64,000 bases of DNA from Candidatus Marinacidobacterium sp. (lineage in GTDB: Bacteria; Acidobacteriota; Vicinamibacteria; Marinacidobacterales; Marinacidobacteraceae): assembly GCA_965220965.1 (NCBI GenBank), contig OZ244852.1, forward strand, positions 1,056,001-1,120,000, written 5' to 3'. The position numbers were made by a program, and so were the translations under genes. The notes beneath the pieces are model-generated. The model saw nothing but the letters and a program-made list of their open reading frames with translations, had not been told where the DNA came from and made no database searches. Within the stretch, counting starts at the first letter, position 1. Each line of letters begins with the position of its first letter. This document shows, piece by piece, positions 27,861 to 38,755 of this stretch.

Positions 27861-29047
27861 TCCGGCCCTCCACCGGGTCCGCCGCTCGCCTCCGGCAGGC
27901 CGTCCACCCCCTCGGCGAACACTTCGTAGGCCTCCGCGACCCGCGTGCGGTCCCCCAGATCCCCGTACATGTCGAGCAGCCACGCGCCCTGCACGATGCG
28001 CTTGAGCGCCACCCAGGGGCGGTCTCCGCCGCGCTCGCTGTAGGCCAGCGCGAGGTCCTTGGCCTCCAGCGCCGGGATGAACAGATCCGCCCAGCGTCCC
28101 GCCTGGATCAGCGCCCGGACCCGACGGTCCCGGTCGTGGATCGCCGCGAGGATCTCGTCGCCGGTCTGCGGAATGACGAGTTCGGGAAGCGCGGAGGGCA
28201 GCGTCCGGGCCGCCGGGGTGAGGTCCTCCCCGGCCAGCGCCGCCAGCTCCGCTTCGGAGAGGAAGATGAAGTCGAAGCGGTCCGGCGCCTCCCGTTCGGG
28301 GAACTCCACGAACGCCGTGAAGGCGGAGCGTTCGCCCTCCCGCACGTCCGTTCCCTCGAGGGAGGCTTCGAAGTGCGTCGGCGTCGCGACCAGCGCGAGG
28401 TCGTCGCCCACCGGGTTCCCGTTGTCGTCGCTCCGGCGCACCCGGGCGGCGAACGGCTCGGGAGAGACGGACTCGGTGAAGGCGTCGTAGAAGTAGAGAC
28501 GGAAGCGGCCGTCCTGGATCGCGCCTTCGAGGTGGTGCACGCCATCGGGCGCCATGAAGAGCACTCCGCCGTGGCGCGGGTTGTGGTCCCCGTGGGCCGC
28601 GGCGCGGGTCATCAGCGTCCGCCTCGCGCCGTCCTCGCAGACTCCCGGTTCCTGGTGCTCCCCCGGCGCGTCCTCGCAGATCCACAGGACTTCGCGCGTC
28701 GTGGGAACCAGCGGCTCACCGGTCGCCGGACAGACGCCGGGCGCCTCCTCGACCACGCCGTCGTCCTCCCCGAGGCAGACGTACCGGGTGACGAGGGTCC
28801 GCTGGACCATCCTCATGCCGCAGATCGGACAGTTCGCCTCGTCGTGCGACTGGTTGTCCTGATGCATCGGACAGAGCCAGACGGTGTAGGCGTCCTCCGG
28901 CAGCTCGTGCTCCGGAAGCTCCTGCGCCGCGTATTCATGGGCCGCGTGTTCGTGGGCCGACGCGCCGGAAGCGCCCGCCAGCAGGCACAGGGCGGCGAGG
29001 CCGGTGACGAACCGCGAGCGCGCGGGTTTCATCGCGCGGAAGGGCAT
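27857..29047 (-). CDS. Exported heavy-metal-binding-domain protein
   Basis: Signal peptide then HEHAAHE; CPMH...CPICGM plus two degenerate repeats; HGDHNPRHGG...HHLEG. Confidence 0.75.
   Translation of the reverse strand: MPFRAMKPARSRFVTGLAALCLLAGASGASAHEHAAHEYAAQELPEHELPEDAYTVWLCPMHQDNQSHDEANCPICGMRMVQRTLVTRYVCLGEDDGVVEEAPGVCPATGEPLVPTTREVLWICEDAPGEHQEPGVCEDGARRTLMTRAAAHGDHNPRHGGVLFMAPDGVHHLEGAIQDGRFRLYFYDAFTESVSPEPFAARVRRSDDNGNPVGDDLALVATPTHFEASLEGTDVREGERSAFTAFVEFPEREAPDRFDFIFLSEAELAALAGEDLTPAARTLPSALPELVIPQTGDEILAAIHDRDRRVRALIQAGRWADLFIPALEAKDLALAYSERGGDRPWVALKRIVQGAWLLDMYGDLGDRTRVAEAYEVFAEGVDGLPEASGGPGGGPE
28898..28957. repeat. Four degenerate 15-bp coding repeats (AHEHA-AHEYA-AQELP-EHELP)
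   Basis: Minus strand gcccacgaacacgcg gcccatgaatacgcg gcgcaggagcttccg gagcacgagctgccg. Confidence 0.6.
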
Positions 29048-29064
29048 GCGCCGTTCTTCAAGAG

Positions 29065-29095
29065 GCCCCCGTGGACGGCTGCCGTCCACGGGGGC
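29065..29095 (-). terminator. Perfect 15-bp inverted repeat; possible terminator or mRNA-stabilising hairpin
   Basis: gcccccgtggacggc-t-gccgtccacgggggc downstream of the TPR gene; only a weak CUCUU tail. Confidence 0.55.
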
Positions 29096-29117
29096 GTGGT
29101 CCGCAAGGGGACCGGGT

Positions 29118-30743
29118 CTACTGCTGGAGCTCGTCGGTCGCCTGGGCGGTGTGCGAGCGAACCTCGTCGAGGAACGCGACATCCGCATCCGCCTCGGTCA
29201 GGAACGTGGCGAGCGTGCTGTAGGCGCGGGCTGCGGCCGCATCGTCGCCGAGCGCCGTGGCGGCGCGGGCGAGGCCCAGCAGCGAGGCCGTGCGGTTCGG
29301 GGTCCGGGTGAGGCTGGTCTCGAACGCCTTCCGGGCCTTGTCGGCCTTGCCGGCGCTCAGCAGGATCTCTCCGTAGAGCTCATGCGAGGGCTTCATCGGG
29401 TAGGTGGGGCCGGACGGCGGATCCTGGGTCTCCTCGATCTTCGCCGCCTTCGCCGCGTGCTCGATCGCCGCGTCCATGTCGCCGGAGGCCTGGGCCGCGA
29501 GCGCCAGGATCTCATGCTCCATGATGCGCACCGAGTCGGCCTGGTACTCCTGACCCTCCTCGGAGCGGGCGGCCGCCAGCTTTCCGAGCAGCTTCGCGGC
29601 GCGCTCCGTGCCGGCGACATCCCCGGCGGCGGCGGCCTTCATCCCGGCCGCCGTCAGCAGGTTGGCGGTCGAGTTGTAGCGGCTGGTGTCCATGTTGTCG
29701 TCAGCCGGAAGCTCGATGGCGTCGAACCGGCCGGTCTCGATGGCGTGGCGAGCGGTCATCGAGGCGGCGATCCGGCGCAGGCGGAGGTCATCCACTTCCT
29801 CGGCCGCCTGCTCGACGACCTCGATGGCGTCCTGCGAGGCGCTGTAGACGCCGCGCTGGAGATCGGCGTAGGCCTTCCACTCGAGGCTGTGGTAGTCGCG
29901 CTTGGTGATCGAGAGGTTCTTCCGCTCGACCCACTTGGCCGAAGCGTCGTAGGCGATCTGGTTCGAACTCGAGACCCGGTTCCACATCCCGTGCTGCACG
30001 AAGATGTGGGAGGGCATGTGCTGCGCGTGGTGCGCTTCGGGGGCGATCTCGGCGTAGCGGTTCGCCGCCTCGAGCGCGAGCGGCGCATGCTCGGGGTCAT
30101 CGAACGAGTGGATCACGTAGTGGGCGGCGCCCGGATGGTTCGGCTCCTCCTGGAAGAGCTTCGAGACGATCGCGCCGGCCTTCATCTGGCGGTGGAAGCC
30201 CGGCTCGCCCCGCCGGACCAGTCCGAGGTAGGACAGCGCGTAGAACGCCTGGGCCTCGTTGTCCTCGGGGTGCGCCTCGGCGAGCCGCCGGAGCGCCTGG
30301 TGGTAGAGCTCGTCCCGCTCGTACTTGTCGCCGGGGCCGTAGAGCACCTCGACGGTGTCCATGTAAAGCCGCTCGCGCTCGGTCGGAGTCTTCGCCCGGC
30401 GCTCGGCGCGGGTCGCGCCGAACTGGCTGAGAACCTCGCGCCCGGCGCTGATGTCCTGCTCGGACCACAGCGGGTGGTTGTGGCTGATGGCCTCGCCCCA
30501 GTAGGCGAGCGCGAAGTCGGGATCGATCTCCCGGGCTTTCCGGAACGCTTCCTCGGCTTCCTCGTACCAGAAGCTGTGGAGAGCGGCGACGCCCCGCTGG
30601 AACGCCTCCTGCGCCTCGGCCTTCCCGGAGTTCGGGAAATGCACGGTTCCGAGCGCCGACTGCGCCGCTGCGCTTCCCGCGAGCGAAAGAGCGACGCCGA
30701 GCGCGAGCGCCGCGACCCGGAATCTACCGGTTGAGAACAACAT
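29118..30743 (-). CDS. Secreted His-rich TPR-repeat protein
   Basis: Signal peptide; LGTVHFP, LHSFWY, DPDFALAYWG, HPGAAHYVIH, HAQHMPSHIF; TPR helices. Confidence 0.85.
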   Translation of the reverse strand: MLFSTGRFRVAALALGVALSLAGSAAAQSALGTVHFPNSGKAEAQEAFQRGVAALHSFWYEEAEEAFRKAREIDPDFALAYWGEAISHNHPLWSEQDISAGREVLSQFGATRAERRAKTPTERERLYMDTVEVLYGPGDKYERDELYHQALRRLAEAHPEDNEAQAFYALSYLGLVRRGEPGFHRQMKAGAIVSKLFQEEPNHPGAAHYVIHSFDDPEHAPLALEAANRYAEIAPEAHHAQHMPSHIFVQHGMWNRVSSSNQIAYDASAKWVERKNLSITKRDYHSLEWKAYADLQRGVYSASQDAIEVVEQAAEEVDDLRLRRIAASMTARHAIETGRFDAIELPADDNMDTSRYNSTANLLTAAGMKAAAAGDVAGTERAAKLLGKLAAARSEEGQEYQADSVRIMEHEILALAAQASGDMDAAIEHAAKAAKIEETQDPPSGPTYPMKPSHELYGEILLSAGKADKARKAFETSLTRTPNRTASLLGLARAATALGDDAAAARAYSTLATFLTEADADVAFLDEVRSHTAQATDELQQ

Positions 30744-30909
30744 GAGAACCTCCCGACGCCAGCATCAGACTCCAGCGTCCCGCACTATTTTACTTCCCGC
30801 TTCTCCGCGCCTTCATCCGGCGGACGCGGCCGGCCCGCCATCCCGGCTCGCGCTCCCCCGGTGGGTAAATTTCGCAGGGAACGACGGCGGCGTTTTCCGG
30901 GTTCTTCCG

Positions 30910-31925
<1,016 letters not shown>

Positions 31926-31929
<4 letters not shown>

Positions 31930-32876
31930 TCCCCTGGCTGGCGGGGCGACGCGCCGGGCCGGAAGCGTCCGCCGCCGGACCGCCCCCGGTATCCACCGAG
32001 GAACTGCTCGGGCGGGTCCGCCACATCGAGATCCGCACCCGGAAGCTCGTGACCGAGGGGCTGGCGGGGGCCTGGCTCAGCACCTTCAAGGGGCAGGGGA
32101 TGGAGTTCTCGGAGGTTCGCGAGTACGCCCCCGGAGACGACATCCGTTCGGTGGACTGGAACGTGACCTCGCGCACCGGGAGCCTCCACATCAAGAAGTT
32201 CGTCGAGGAGCGCGAGCTGACGGTGCTCTTCCTGCTCGACGTCTCCCGCTCGTTCGCCTTCGGCAGCGGCGACCGCTTCAAGCGCGACACCGCCGCCGAG
32301 GTGGCCGCCGTTCTGGCCTTCTCCGCGATCCGGTCGGGCGACCGGGTGGGAGCGCTGCTGTTCACCGACCGGCCCGAGACCCGGCTCCCGGCGCGGAAGG
32401 GGCGGCGCCACGGCCTGCGGGTGCTGCGCGACCTTCTCTACTACGAACCCGAGGGGAGGGGCACCGACATCGCCGGCGCCGCCGCGGTGCTCAACCGGGT
32501 GATGCGCCGCCGGGCGACGGTGTTCCTGGTGAGCGACTTCCTCGGGGATCCGCCCTCCCGCTGGGAGCGGCCGCTCCGGGTGGCTGCGCGACGCCACGAC
32601 CTGATCGCGGTCCGGGTGAGCGACCCCCGCGAGCACGAGATTCCCGCGGTCGGCCTGGTCGTGCTCGAAGACGCCGAAACCGGCGAGCTGCTGCGGGTGG
32701 ACACCTCCGACCGGGGCGCGCGTGAGGCGTTCGCGGCGAGGGCGCGGCGCGCCCGCGAAGAGGCGGGACGGGTGCTCCGCGACGCCGGGGTGGACATCGT
32801 GGACATCGTCGCCGGCGAGTCTCCCGAAGCCCCGCTCCGGCGCTTCTTCCACCGGCGCGCCCGGCGCCGGCGGTGA
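31926..32876 (+). CDS. DUF58 (VWA-like) protein
   Basis: GMEFSEVREY.PGDDIRSVDWNVT, FVEERE, DVSRS, SDF. Confidence 0.93.
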
Positions 32877-32883
32877 CGTCTCG

Positions 32884-33855
32884 ATGAGGTTAAGGCCGGC
32901 CCTCCGTCCCGGACTCCTGGCGCTGCTGCTGCCCGCCCTCGGCGCGGCCCAGCCGGCGGAAATGCGCGCCACCGCCGAGGTCGTGGCGGAGCCGGTCGAA
33001 GTGGGCGCCGTCTTCGAGCTCGAAGTCCGGGTGGACCACCCGCCGGGCGCGGAGGCCGCGCCGGTTCTGGAGGACGGGCTCGGGCCGTTCCGGGTTCTGG
33101 GCGCCCTCCCGGTCTCAGGCGAGGGACCGGGCGAGGGCGCGGATCCGGCAAGCCGCTTCCGGGTGCGGCTCGGCGCGTTCGTCCTCCCGGGAGATCACGA
33201 GGTCCCCCCGGTCCCGGTCGGGATCCGGAACCCGGACGGCGGGCTGGCGCTGATCGAGACGCCGCCGACTCCGGTCCGGGTGGTCTCCTCGCTGCCGGCG
33301 GACGCCGAGGCGGGAGACATCCACGACATCCGCGGGCCGTTCGACCTCCGGCGGCCTCCGCAGTGGGGCTGGATCGCCCTCGTGGCGCTCGCCCTCGCCG
33401 GCGCCGTCGCCGCAGTCTGGTGGTGGCTCCGCCGCCGCGGCGGCCGGCTCACTCCGGCGCCGCCTCCCCCACCGCCGGCGGTTGAAGCCGAGGCGGCGCT
33501 GGCCCGGCTCCGCGCGGCGGGGCTGCTCGAGGCCGGCGAGGTTCCGCTCTTCTACGAGCGTCTCGCCGCCATCATGAAGCGCTACGCCGGTCGCCGGTTC
33601 GGGACGCGCTGGAGCGAGCGGACCACCCGGGAAATCCTGGCCGATCTCGAGGCCCGCGCCGAGAACGGCCATTCCGGATCGCTCCCGCTGCTCGCCGCGA
33701 TCCTGGGAGAAGCCGATCTCGCCAAGTTCAGCCACCGGCCGCTCGGCCCACCTTCGGCCGAGGCCCGCCTCGAGGACGCCGCGCGGTTCCTCGACCGCAC
33801 CCGGCCGGCGCCGACGGCGGCGGCCGACCCGGGCGCCGTGGAGGCCAACGACTGA
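32884..33855 (+). CDS. Bat-operon membrane protein (BatD-like/DUF4381-like)
   Basis: Signal peptide, Ig-like region, IHDIRGP, TM helix, ERTTREIL...ADLAKFS; usual position between DUF58 and batA. Confidence 0.75.
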   Translation: MRLRPALRPGLLALLLPALGAAQPAEMRATAEVVAEPVEVGAVFELEVRVDHPPGAEAAPVLEDGLGPFRVLGALPVSGEGPGEGADPASRFRVRLGAFVLPGDHEVPPVPVGIRNPDGGLALIETPPTPVRVVSSLPADAEAGDIHDIRGPFDLRRPPQWGWIALVALALAGAVAAVWWWLRRRGGRLTPAPPPPPPAVEAEAALARLRAAGLLEAGEVPLFYERLAAIMKRYAGRRFGTRWSERTTREILADLEARAENGHSGSLPLLAAILGEADLAKFSHRPLGPPSAEARLEDAARFLDRTRPAPTAAADPGAVEAND

Positions 33856-34832
33856 TGCGTCTCCTCTGGCCGGCGGCGCTGCTCCTCCTCCTGCTCGTCC
33901 CCCTCGTCGTTCTCCGCGCCCGCGGCGCCAGGCCGGCGGCCGTCCGGTACCCCGACGGGGCGCCGTTCCGGGGCCTTCCCCCCACCCTCCGAAGCCGCCT
34001 CGCCTTCCTCCCCGGCGCGCTTACCCTGTTCGCGCTCGCCCTCGCCGCCCTCGCCCTGGCGCGCCCGCAGACCGGGCTCACCGAGGACTCCGGCTCGAGC
34101 CTGGGGGTGGACATCGTCCTCGCCCTCGACATCTCCTCCAGCATGCGGGCGGAAGACTTCGCCCCCGCCAACCGCCTCACCGCGGCGAAGGAGGTGCTTC
34201 AGGACTTCATCCGGCGGCGCTCGCGCGACCGCCTCGGCGCGGTGGCCTTCGCCCGGAACGCGGTCACCGTGACGCCCCTGACGCTCGATCACGACATCCT
34301 CGCCGCCCAGCTCGAGGCGGTGACGATCGGGGCCATCCCCGACGGCACCGCGATCGGCAACGCGATCGCCGCCGCGGTGAACCGCCTGGCGGGATCCGAG
34401 GCGGAGAGCCGGGTCGTCGTGCTGCTCACCGACGGCGTCTCGAACGCGGGGGAGATCCATCCGCTCACCGCCGCCGGCGTGGCGCGCGCAAGGGGCATCC
34501 GGGTCTACACCGTCGGCGCCGGAAGCGACGAGGGCGGTCAGGTCGTGCGCCGGAACGCCGACGGATCGCTGAACGTCTCGCGGGCTCCCGGCATCGACGA
34601 GGAGACCCTCCGCCGCGTCGCCGACGCCACCGGGGGCCGGTACTTCCGCGCCCGCGACCGGGAGGGCCTCGACGCCGTCTACCAGGAAATCGACGCGCTC
34701 GAGCGGACCGAGATTTCGGCGCCCACCTGGACGAGCTGGTCCGACGACGGCCCGGCCATCGCCGGCTGGGCCGCCGCGCTCCTCTTCGGCGCGGCCCTGC
34801 TGCGCTCCACCGCGCTGCGCACCGCGCCCTGA
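33855..34832 (+). CDS. batA: BatA VWA protein
   Basis: ALARPQ, MIDAS DISSS, GTAIG, LLTDGVSNAG, IDEETL..VADATGGRYFRA. Confidence 0.9.
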   Translation: MRLLWPAALLLLLLVPLVVLRARGARPAAVRYPDGAPFRGLPPTLRSRLAFLPGALTLFALALAALALARPQTGLTEDSGSSLGVDIVLALDISSSMRAEDFAPANRLTAAKEVLQDFIRRRSRDRLGAVAFARNAVTVTPLTLDHDILAAQLEAVTIGAIPDGTAIGNAIAAAVNRLAGSEAESRVVVLLTDGVSNAGEIHPLTAAGVARARGIRVYTVGAGSDEGGQVVRRNADGSLNVSRAPGIDEETLRRVADATGGRYFRARDREGLDAVYQEIDALERTEISAPTWTSWSDDGPAIAGWAAALLFGAALLRSTALRTAP

Positions 34833-34857
34833 TCGTGCGCCCCGGGAGAATCGCCTG

Positions 34858-35871
34858 ATGCGCTGGGGAGAGCCCTGGGCGCTCGGCCTGCTGGCGCTCG
34901 TTCCGGCCGCCGCCGTCCTCCTCTGGTTCGGCGCGCGGAGGACCCGCGCCGCGCTCGCCCGTTTCGGATCCCGCGCCGCGACGCTCGTCGAGCGGGCGGG
35001 CGGACGCCGCCGGCGGACCGCCGACCTCCTTCTGCTGGGTGCGGCGCTTCTGCTCGCGACCGCCGCCGCGCGCCCCCAGTGGGGACGCGAGGAGCGCGAG
35101 ATCACGCTCGTCGGGGTGGACGTGCTGTTCGCGCTGGACACCTCGTTCAGCATGGACGCCCGCGATGTGGCCCCGTCGCGCATGGAGCGGGCCCGCTATG
35201 TCGCTTCCGCGCTGCTCGACCGGATCCCCGGGAACCGCGCGGGGATCGTGGTGTTCGCCGGGAGCGCCTTCACCCAGTGTCCGCTCACCCACGACCTCGG
35301 CGCCGTCCGGACGCTGCTCGCGGGGGTCGCCACCGGCGCGGTGGAGAACCCCGGGACGAACCTCGCGGCGATGATCGAGGAGGCGGCCCGCGCCTTCGAC
35401 CAGCAGGAGAGCCCCCACCGCGTCGTCGTCCTGCTCACCGACGGACGACAGGACGACCTGCGCCTGACGCCGGTGGCCGAGGTCGCGGCGGCCGCGGAGG
35501 CCGCCGGCATCACGGTTCTGGCGGTCGGCGTGGGGACGGAGACCGGCGCCACGATCCCCGTGCCCTCGGAGACCGGCCCGACGCTGATGCGTGACGCCGG
35601 CGGCGCCCCGATCGTGAACCGGCTGGACCCGGGAACGCTCTCCGAGCTCGCGGCGCGGACCGGCGGAACCTTCCTGACGATCTCCCCCGACGACCGCGAG
35701 ATCGCCGCCCTCGCCGAGCGGATCGGCTCGATGGAGGGCGGCGAGCTGGGCGACGAAGTGGCCCGCCGCTATCAGGAGCGCTTCTGGATCCCCACCGCGG
35801 CGGCGGTGGCCGCGCTATTCGCCCACGGCCTGGTGGCGGCGGGCGCCGGGCGGCGCAGGACGACCCCATGA
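34858..35871 (+). CDS. batB: BatB VWA protein
   Basis: ARPQWG, DTSFSMDA.DV.PSR, FAGSAF..CPLT.D, LTDG. Confidence 0.88.
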   Translation: MRWGEPWALGLLALVPAAAVLLWFGARRTRAALARFGSRAATLVERAGGRRRRTADLLLLGAALLLATAAARPQWGREEREITLVGVDVLFALDTSFSMDARDVAPSRMERARYVASALLDRIPGNRAGIVVFAGSAFTQCPLTHDLGAVRTLLAGVATGAVENPGTNLAAMIEEAARAFDQQESPHRVVVLLTDGRQDDLRLTPVAEVAAAAEAAGITVLAVGVGTETGATIPVPSETGPTLMRDAGGAPIVNRLDPGTLSELAARTGGTFLTISPDDREIAALAERIGSMEGGELGDEVARRYQERFWIPTAAAVAALFAHGLVAAGAGRRRTTP

Positions 35872-36803
35872 TCCGCCTCCTCGTAGTGACCGTCCTGGCC
35901 GCGCAGTGGCTCGGCGGAACCGAGCGGAACACCCGGGAGGGCAGGGAGCACTTCGAGGCGGGCCGGCTGGAGGAGGCGCTCCGCGCGTTCTCGCGGGCCC
36001 GGGCCGAGAACCCGGACGCCCCCGCGACCGACCTGAACCTCGCCGGCGTCCATTACCGGATGGGAGAGGCGGGCGCCGCCGGGCCGGGCGTCCCGTCGGC
36101 TCCTCCGCCGGGAGAGGGCGCGGAGGGCGGTCCGCTCGCCGAGGCGGCGCGGGGCTACCAGGCCGCCATCAGCGCGGGGGTCGAGGGATCGACCGCCCGC
36201 GACGCCTGGTTCAACCTCGGGAACACGCTCTACCGCGCCGGGGCCTTCGAGGAGGCCGCAGCCGCCTACGCCGAGGCGCTCGCGATGGACCCGGAGGACA
36301 TCGAGGCGCGCCAGAACTTCGAGCGCGCGGCGCGCCAGGCCGAGGAGGCGAACGAGGAGCAGTCCGGCGACTCGAACGAAGACGACGGCGGCGAGGAGTC
36401 GGGCGAGCAGCCGCCACCAGAGCAGCAGCAGGAGCAGGACCAGAACCAGCCGTCACCGGACGACGAGCAGGACTCCCAGCAGCCGCAGGGTCAGGAGCCG
36501 CAGCCCCAGCAGCAGGATCCCGGGGACGGGGAGGACCAGCAGCAGCCGCCGGAATCCCAGCCCGAAGGCGACCAGTCCGAAGGCGACCGGCCCGACGAGC
36601 CGGAGCCGCCGGAACCACCCCCGCCAGAGGGTGACGCGTCCGGGGCGGATGTCCCGCCCGACGGCCCCCCGGGCGAGGTCCCCGAGGTCAGCCCGGAGCA
36701 GGCCGAGCGGATCCTCGCCGCCCTCGCCGAGGTGGAGCGCGCGTTCCAGCAGGAACAGGTCGAGAAGCGCCGGGCGCGGGCGCTGCGCAGGGGCCGGCAC
36801 TGA
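35868..36803 (+). CDS. batC: BatC TPR protein with Q/E/P-rich linker
   Basis: WFNLGNTLY, ALAMDPED.EARQN, low-complexity linker, SPEQAERILAAL. Confidence 0.82.
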   Translation: MIRLLVVTVLAAQWLGGTERNTREGREHFEAGRLEEALRAFSRARAENPDAPATDLNLAGVHYRMGEAGAAGPGVPSAPPPGEGAEGGPLAEAARGYQAAISAGVEGSTARDAWFNLGNTLYRAGAFEEAAAAYAEALAMDPEDIEARQNFERAARQAEEANEEQSGDSNEDDGGEESGEQPPPEQQQEQDQNQPSPDDEQDSQQPQGQEPQPQQQDPGDGEDQQQPPESQPEGDQSEGDRPDEPEPPEPPPPEGDASGADVPPDGPPGEVPEVSPEQAERILAALAEVERAFQQEQVEKRRARALRRGRH

Positions 36804-38755
36804 TGCGGTCCGCCCCCCTTCTCGCGTCCCGCCTCTTCTCCGGGCTCGTCTCCGGGCTCTTCTGGGGGCTCCTGCTGGCCGGACCCGCTCTCGCGCAGGA
36901 GCGGGCCGAGGTCAGCGTCGACCCGTCCGTGGTCGGGCTCGAGGACTTTGTGGAGCTGACGGTCTCGGTCCCGGAGGTTCGCGACGGACGCCCGGAGCTT
37001 CCGCCGCTTCCCGCCTTCGAAGCGTTCGGCAGCCAGATGACCACGAGCACCTCGTTCGTGAACGGCCGGATGACCCGGTCCGTCTCCTGGACCTACCGTC
37101 TGCATCCACGCGAGGTCGGCGAGTTCACGATCCCTCCGATTCCGGTGCCGGGCTACGAGCCCACGCCCCCGATCTCCGTGACGGTGGAGCCCGGCAGCCG
37201 GCGCAGCCCGTCGCCGGGACCGGGGCGGAGTCCGTTCGGCAGTCCGTTCGATCCGCTGTTCGAACGGTTCCGGGATCCCTTCGGCGCGGATCCGCCGCCC
37301 CGTATCGGCGAGCGGGATCTCTTCATCCAGGCCGAGGTTTCGGACCGGGAGGTGCTGGTCGGAGAACAGGTGCTCGTCCTCTACCGGCTCTACGCCCGGG
37401 TTCCGGTGGCGGTCGTCGTTCCGGTGGAGCCAGCCCAGCCGCAGGGCTTCTGGGTCGAGGAGGTTCCGCTGCCCGATCTCCCCTGGCGCGAGCAGGGGCT
37501 CTCCCGCGCCCGGATCCGGGAGCTTCGCGAGAGCCCCGGACCGCGGAGGGAGCAGCGGGTCGTGGACGGCGTCACCTATGACACCTATCCGATCCTGTTG
37601 CGGGCGGCGTTTCCCACCGGGGCGGGGGAGCGCGAGTTTCCGGGGCCAACCTTCGAGATCGGCGTCCCCGGGCGGTCCCGCTCGGTGTTCCTGGCGCCGA
37701 CCGCCGTCGAGACCCGGGCGGCCCCGGCGGTGACGATCCGCACCAACCCGCTGCCGGATCCGGGAGCGGGCTCGACCTTCTCGGGAACGGTCGGCGACTA
37801 CCGCCTCCGGGCGTCTCTGGTGCGTGACGGGGCGCCGCTCGGCGACGAGGCCACGCCGGCGGGCGAACCCCTGGTGCTTCGGCTGGAGCTCGAGGGCGAC
37901 GGGAACCTGCAGGCGGCGGGGACCCCGCGCCTCGACGGAGACCCCGGCTTCGAGCGCGCCTTCCGGTTCTTCGACCCCGAGTCCTCGCAGGAGACCGGGC
38001 TCCGGGAGGCGGGCGCGGGCACGGGCCTCGACGCGTTCCGTTTCGGCGGCCGGCGGGTCTGGGAGTTTCCCGTGGTGCCCGAAGCCGGAGGCGTCCATCA
38101 GGTCGCATCGGCCCGCCTCGATGTCTTCAACCCGGAGACATCCACCTACGAGACGCTCACCACCGACCCGTTCCCGGTCCGGGTCGAGGGCGGGATCGCC
38201 GCGATCCCCGCGCCAGCCGGCGGCGGGACGGTGGAGCGCCTGGGAGACGACATCCGCTATCTGCAGCCGCTAAGGCCCGCCCCGGCGAGCCCGCCGGCGC
38301 CGTTCTCCGCCGGCTGGTGGATCGCGCTGGCGCTCGGTCTGCCGGTCGCGTGGAACCTGGCCGTCTTCGCCGCGCTTCGCCGCCGCGCCTACCGGGCGGC
38401 CCACGCCGATCACTTCCGCCGGGAAGGCGCCGCCCGCGAGGCGCTGCGCCGCCTCCAGCGCATCCGGGACGAAGGAGAGGGCGCCGCCGCCGCGATCGGC
38501 GTCGTGCTGGCCGACTACGCCGCGGCCCGCCTGGGCGTCTCGCCCCACGGGCTGACGCCGGAAGGCGCCCGGGAGCGCTTCGTCGCCGCCGGGGCCGATC
38601 CCGACGCCGCCCGCGACTTCGCCGCGCTGCTCTCCCGGACCCAGGCGGCGCGCTTCGCCGCCGCCCCCGCCTCCGGGCGAGCGCTCCCCACCGGGAAGGA
38701 GGCCGCCGAGCTGGTGCGCCGGCTGGACTCGGGCATCCGGAGGTCGGCGGCGTGA
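36803..38755 (+). CDS. batD: BatD
   Basis: SFVNGRM, GEFTIPP, VGEQV, FSGTVG.Y, GDGNL, FNPET..YETL, DIRYL, TM helix. Confidence 0.85.
   Translation: MRSAPLLASRLFSGLVSGLFWGLLLAGPALAQERAEVSVDPSVVGLEDFVELTVSVPEVRDGRPELPPLPAFEAFGSQMTTSTSFVNGRMTRSVSWTYRLHPREVGEFTIPPIPVPGYEPTPPISVTVEPGSRRSPSPGPGRSPFGSPFDPLFERFRDPFGADPPPRIGERDLFIQAEVSDREVLVGEQVLVLYRLYARVPVAVVVPVEPAQPQGFWVEEVPLPDLPWREQGLSRARIRELRESPGPRREQRVVDGVTYDTYPILLRAAFPTGAGEREFPGPTFEIGVPGRSRSVFLAPTAVETRAAPAVTIRTNPLPDPGAGSTFSGTVGDYRLRASLVRDGAPLGDEATPAGEPLVLRLELEGDGNLQAAGTPRLDGDPGFERAFRFFDPESSQETGLREAGAGTGLDAFRFGGRRVWEFPVVPEAGGVHQVASARLDVFNPETSTYETLTTDPFPVRVEGGIAAIPAPAGGGTVERLGDDIRYLQPLRPAPASPPAPFSAGWWIALALGLPVAWNLAVFAALRRRAYRAAHADHFRREGAAREALRRLQRIRDEGEGAAAAIGVVLADYAAARLGVSPHGLTPEGARERFVAAGADPDAARDFAALLSRTQAARFAAAPASGRALPTGKEAAELVRRLDSGIRRSAA

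Noticed and set aside
36360-36700. Q/E/P-rich low-complexity tract
   Set aside because: Normal BatC linker.
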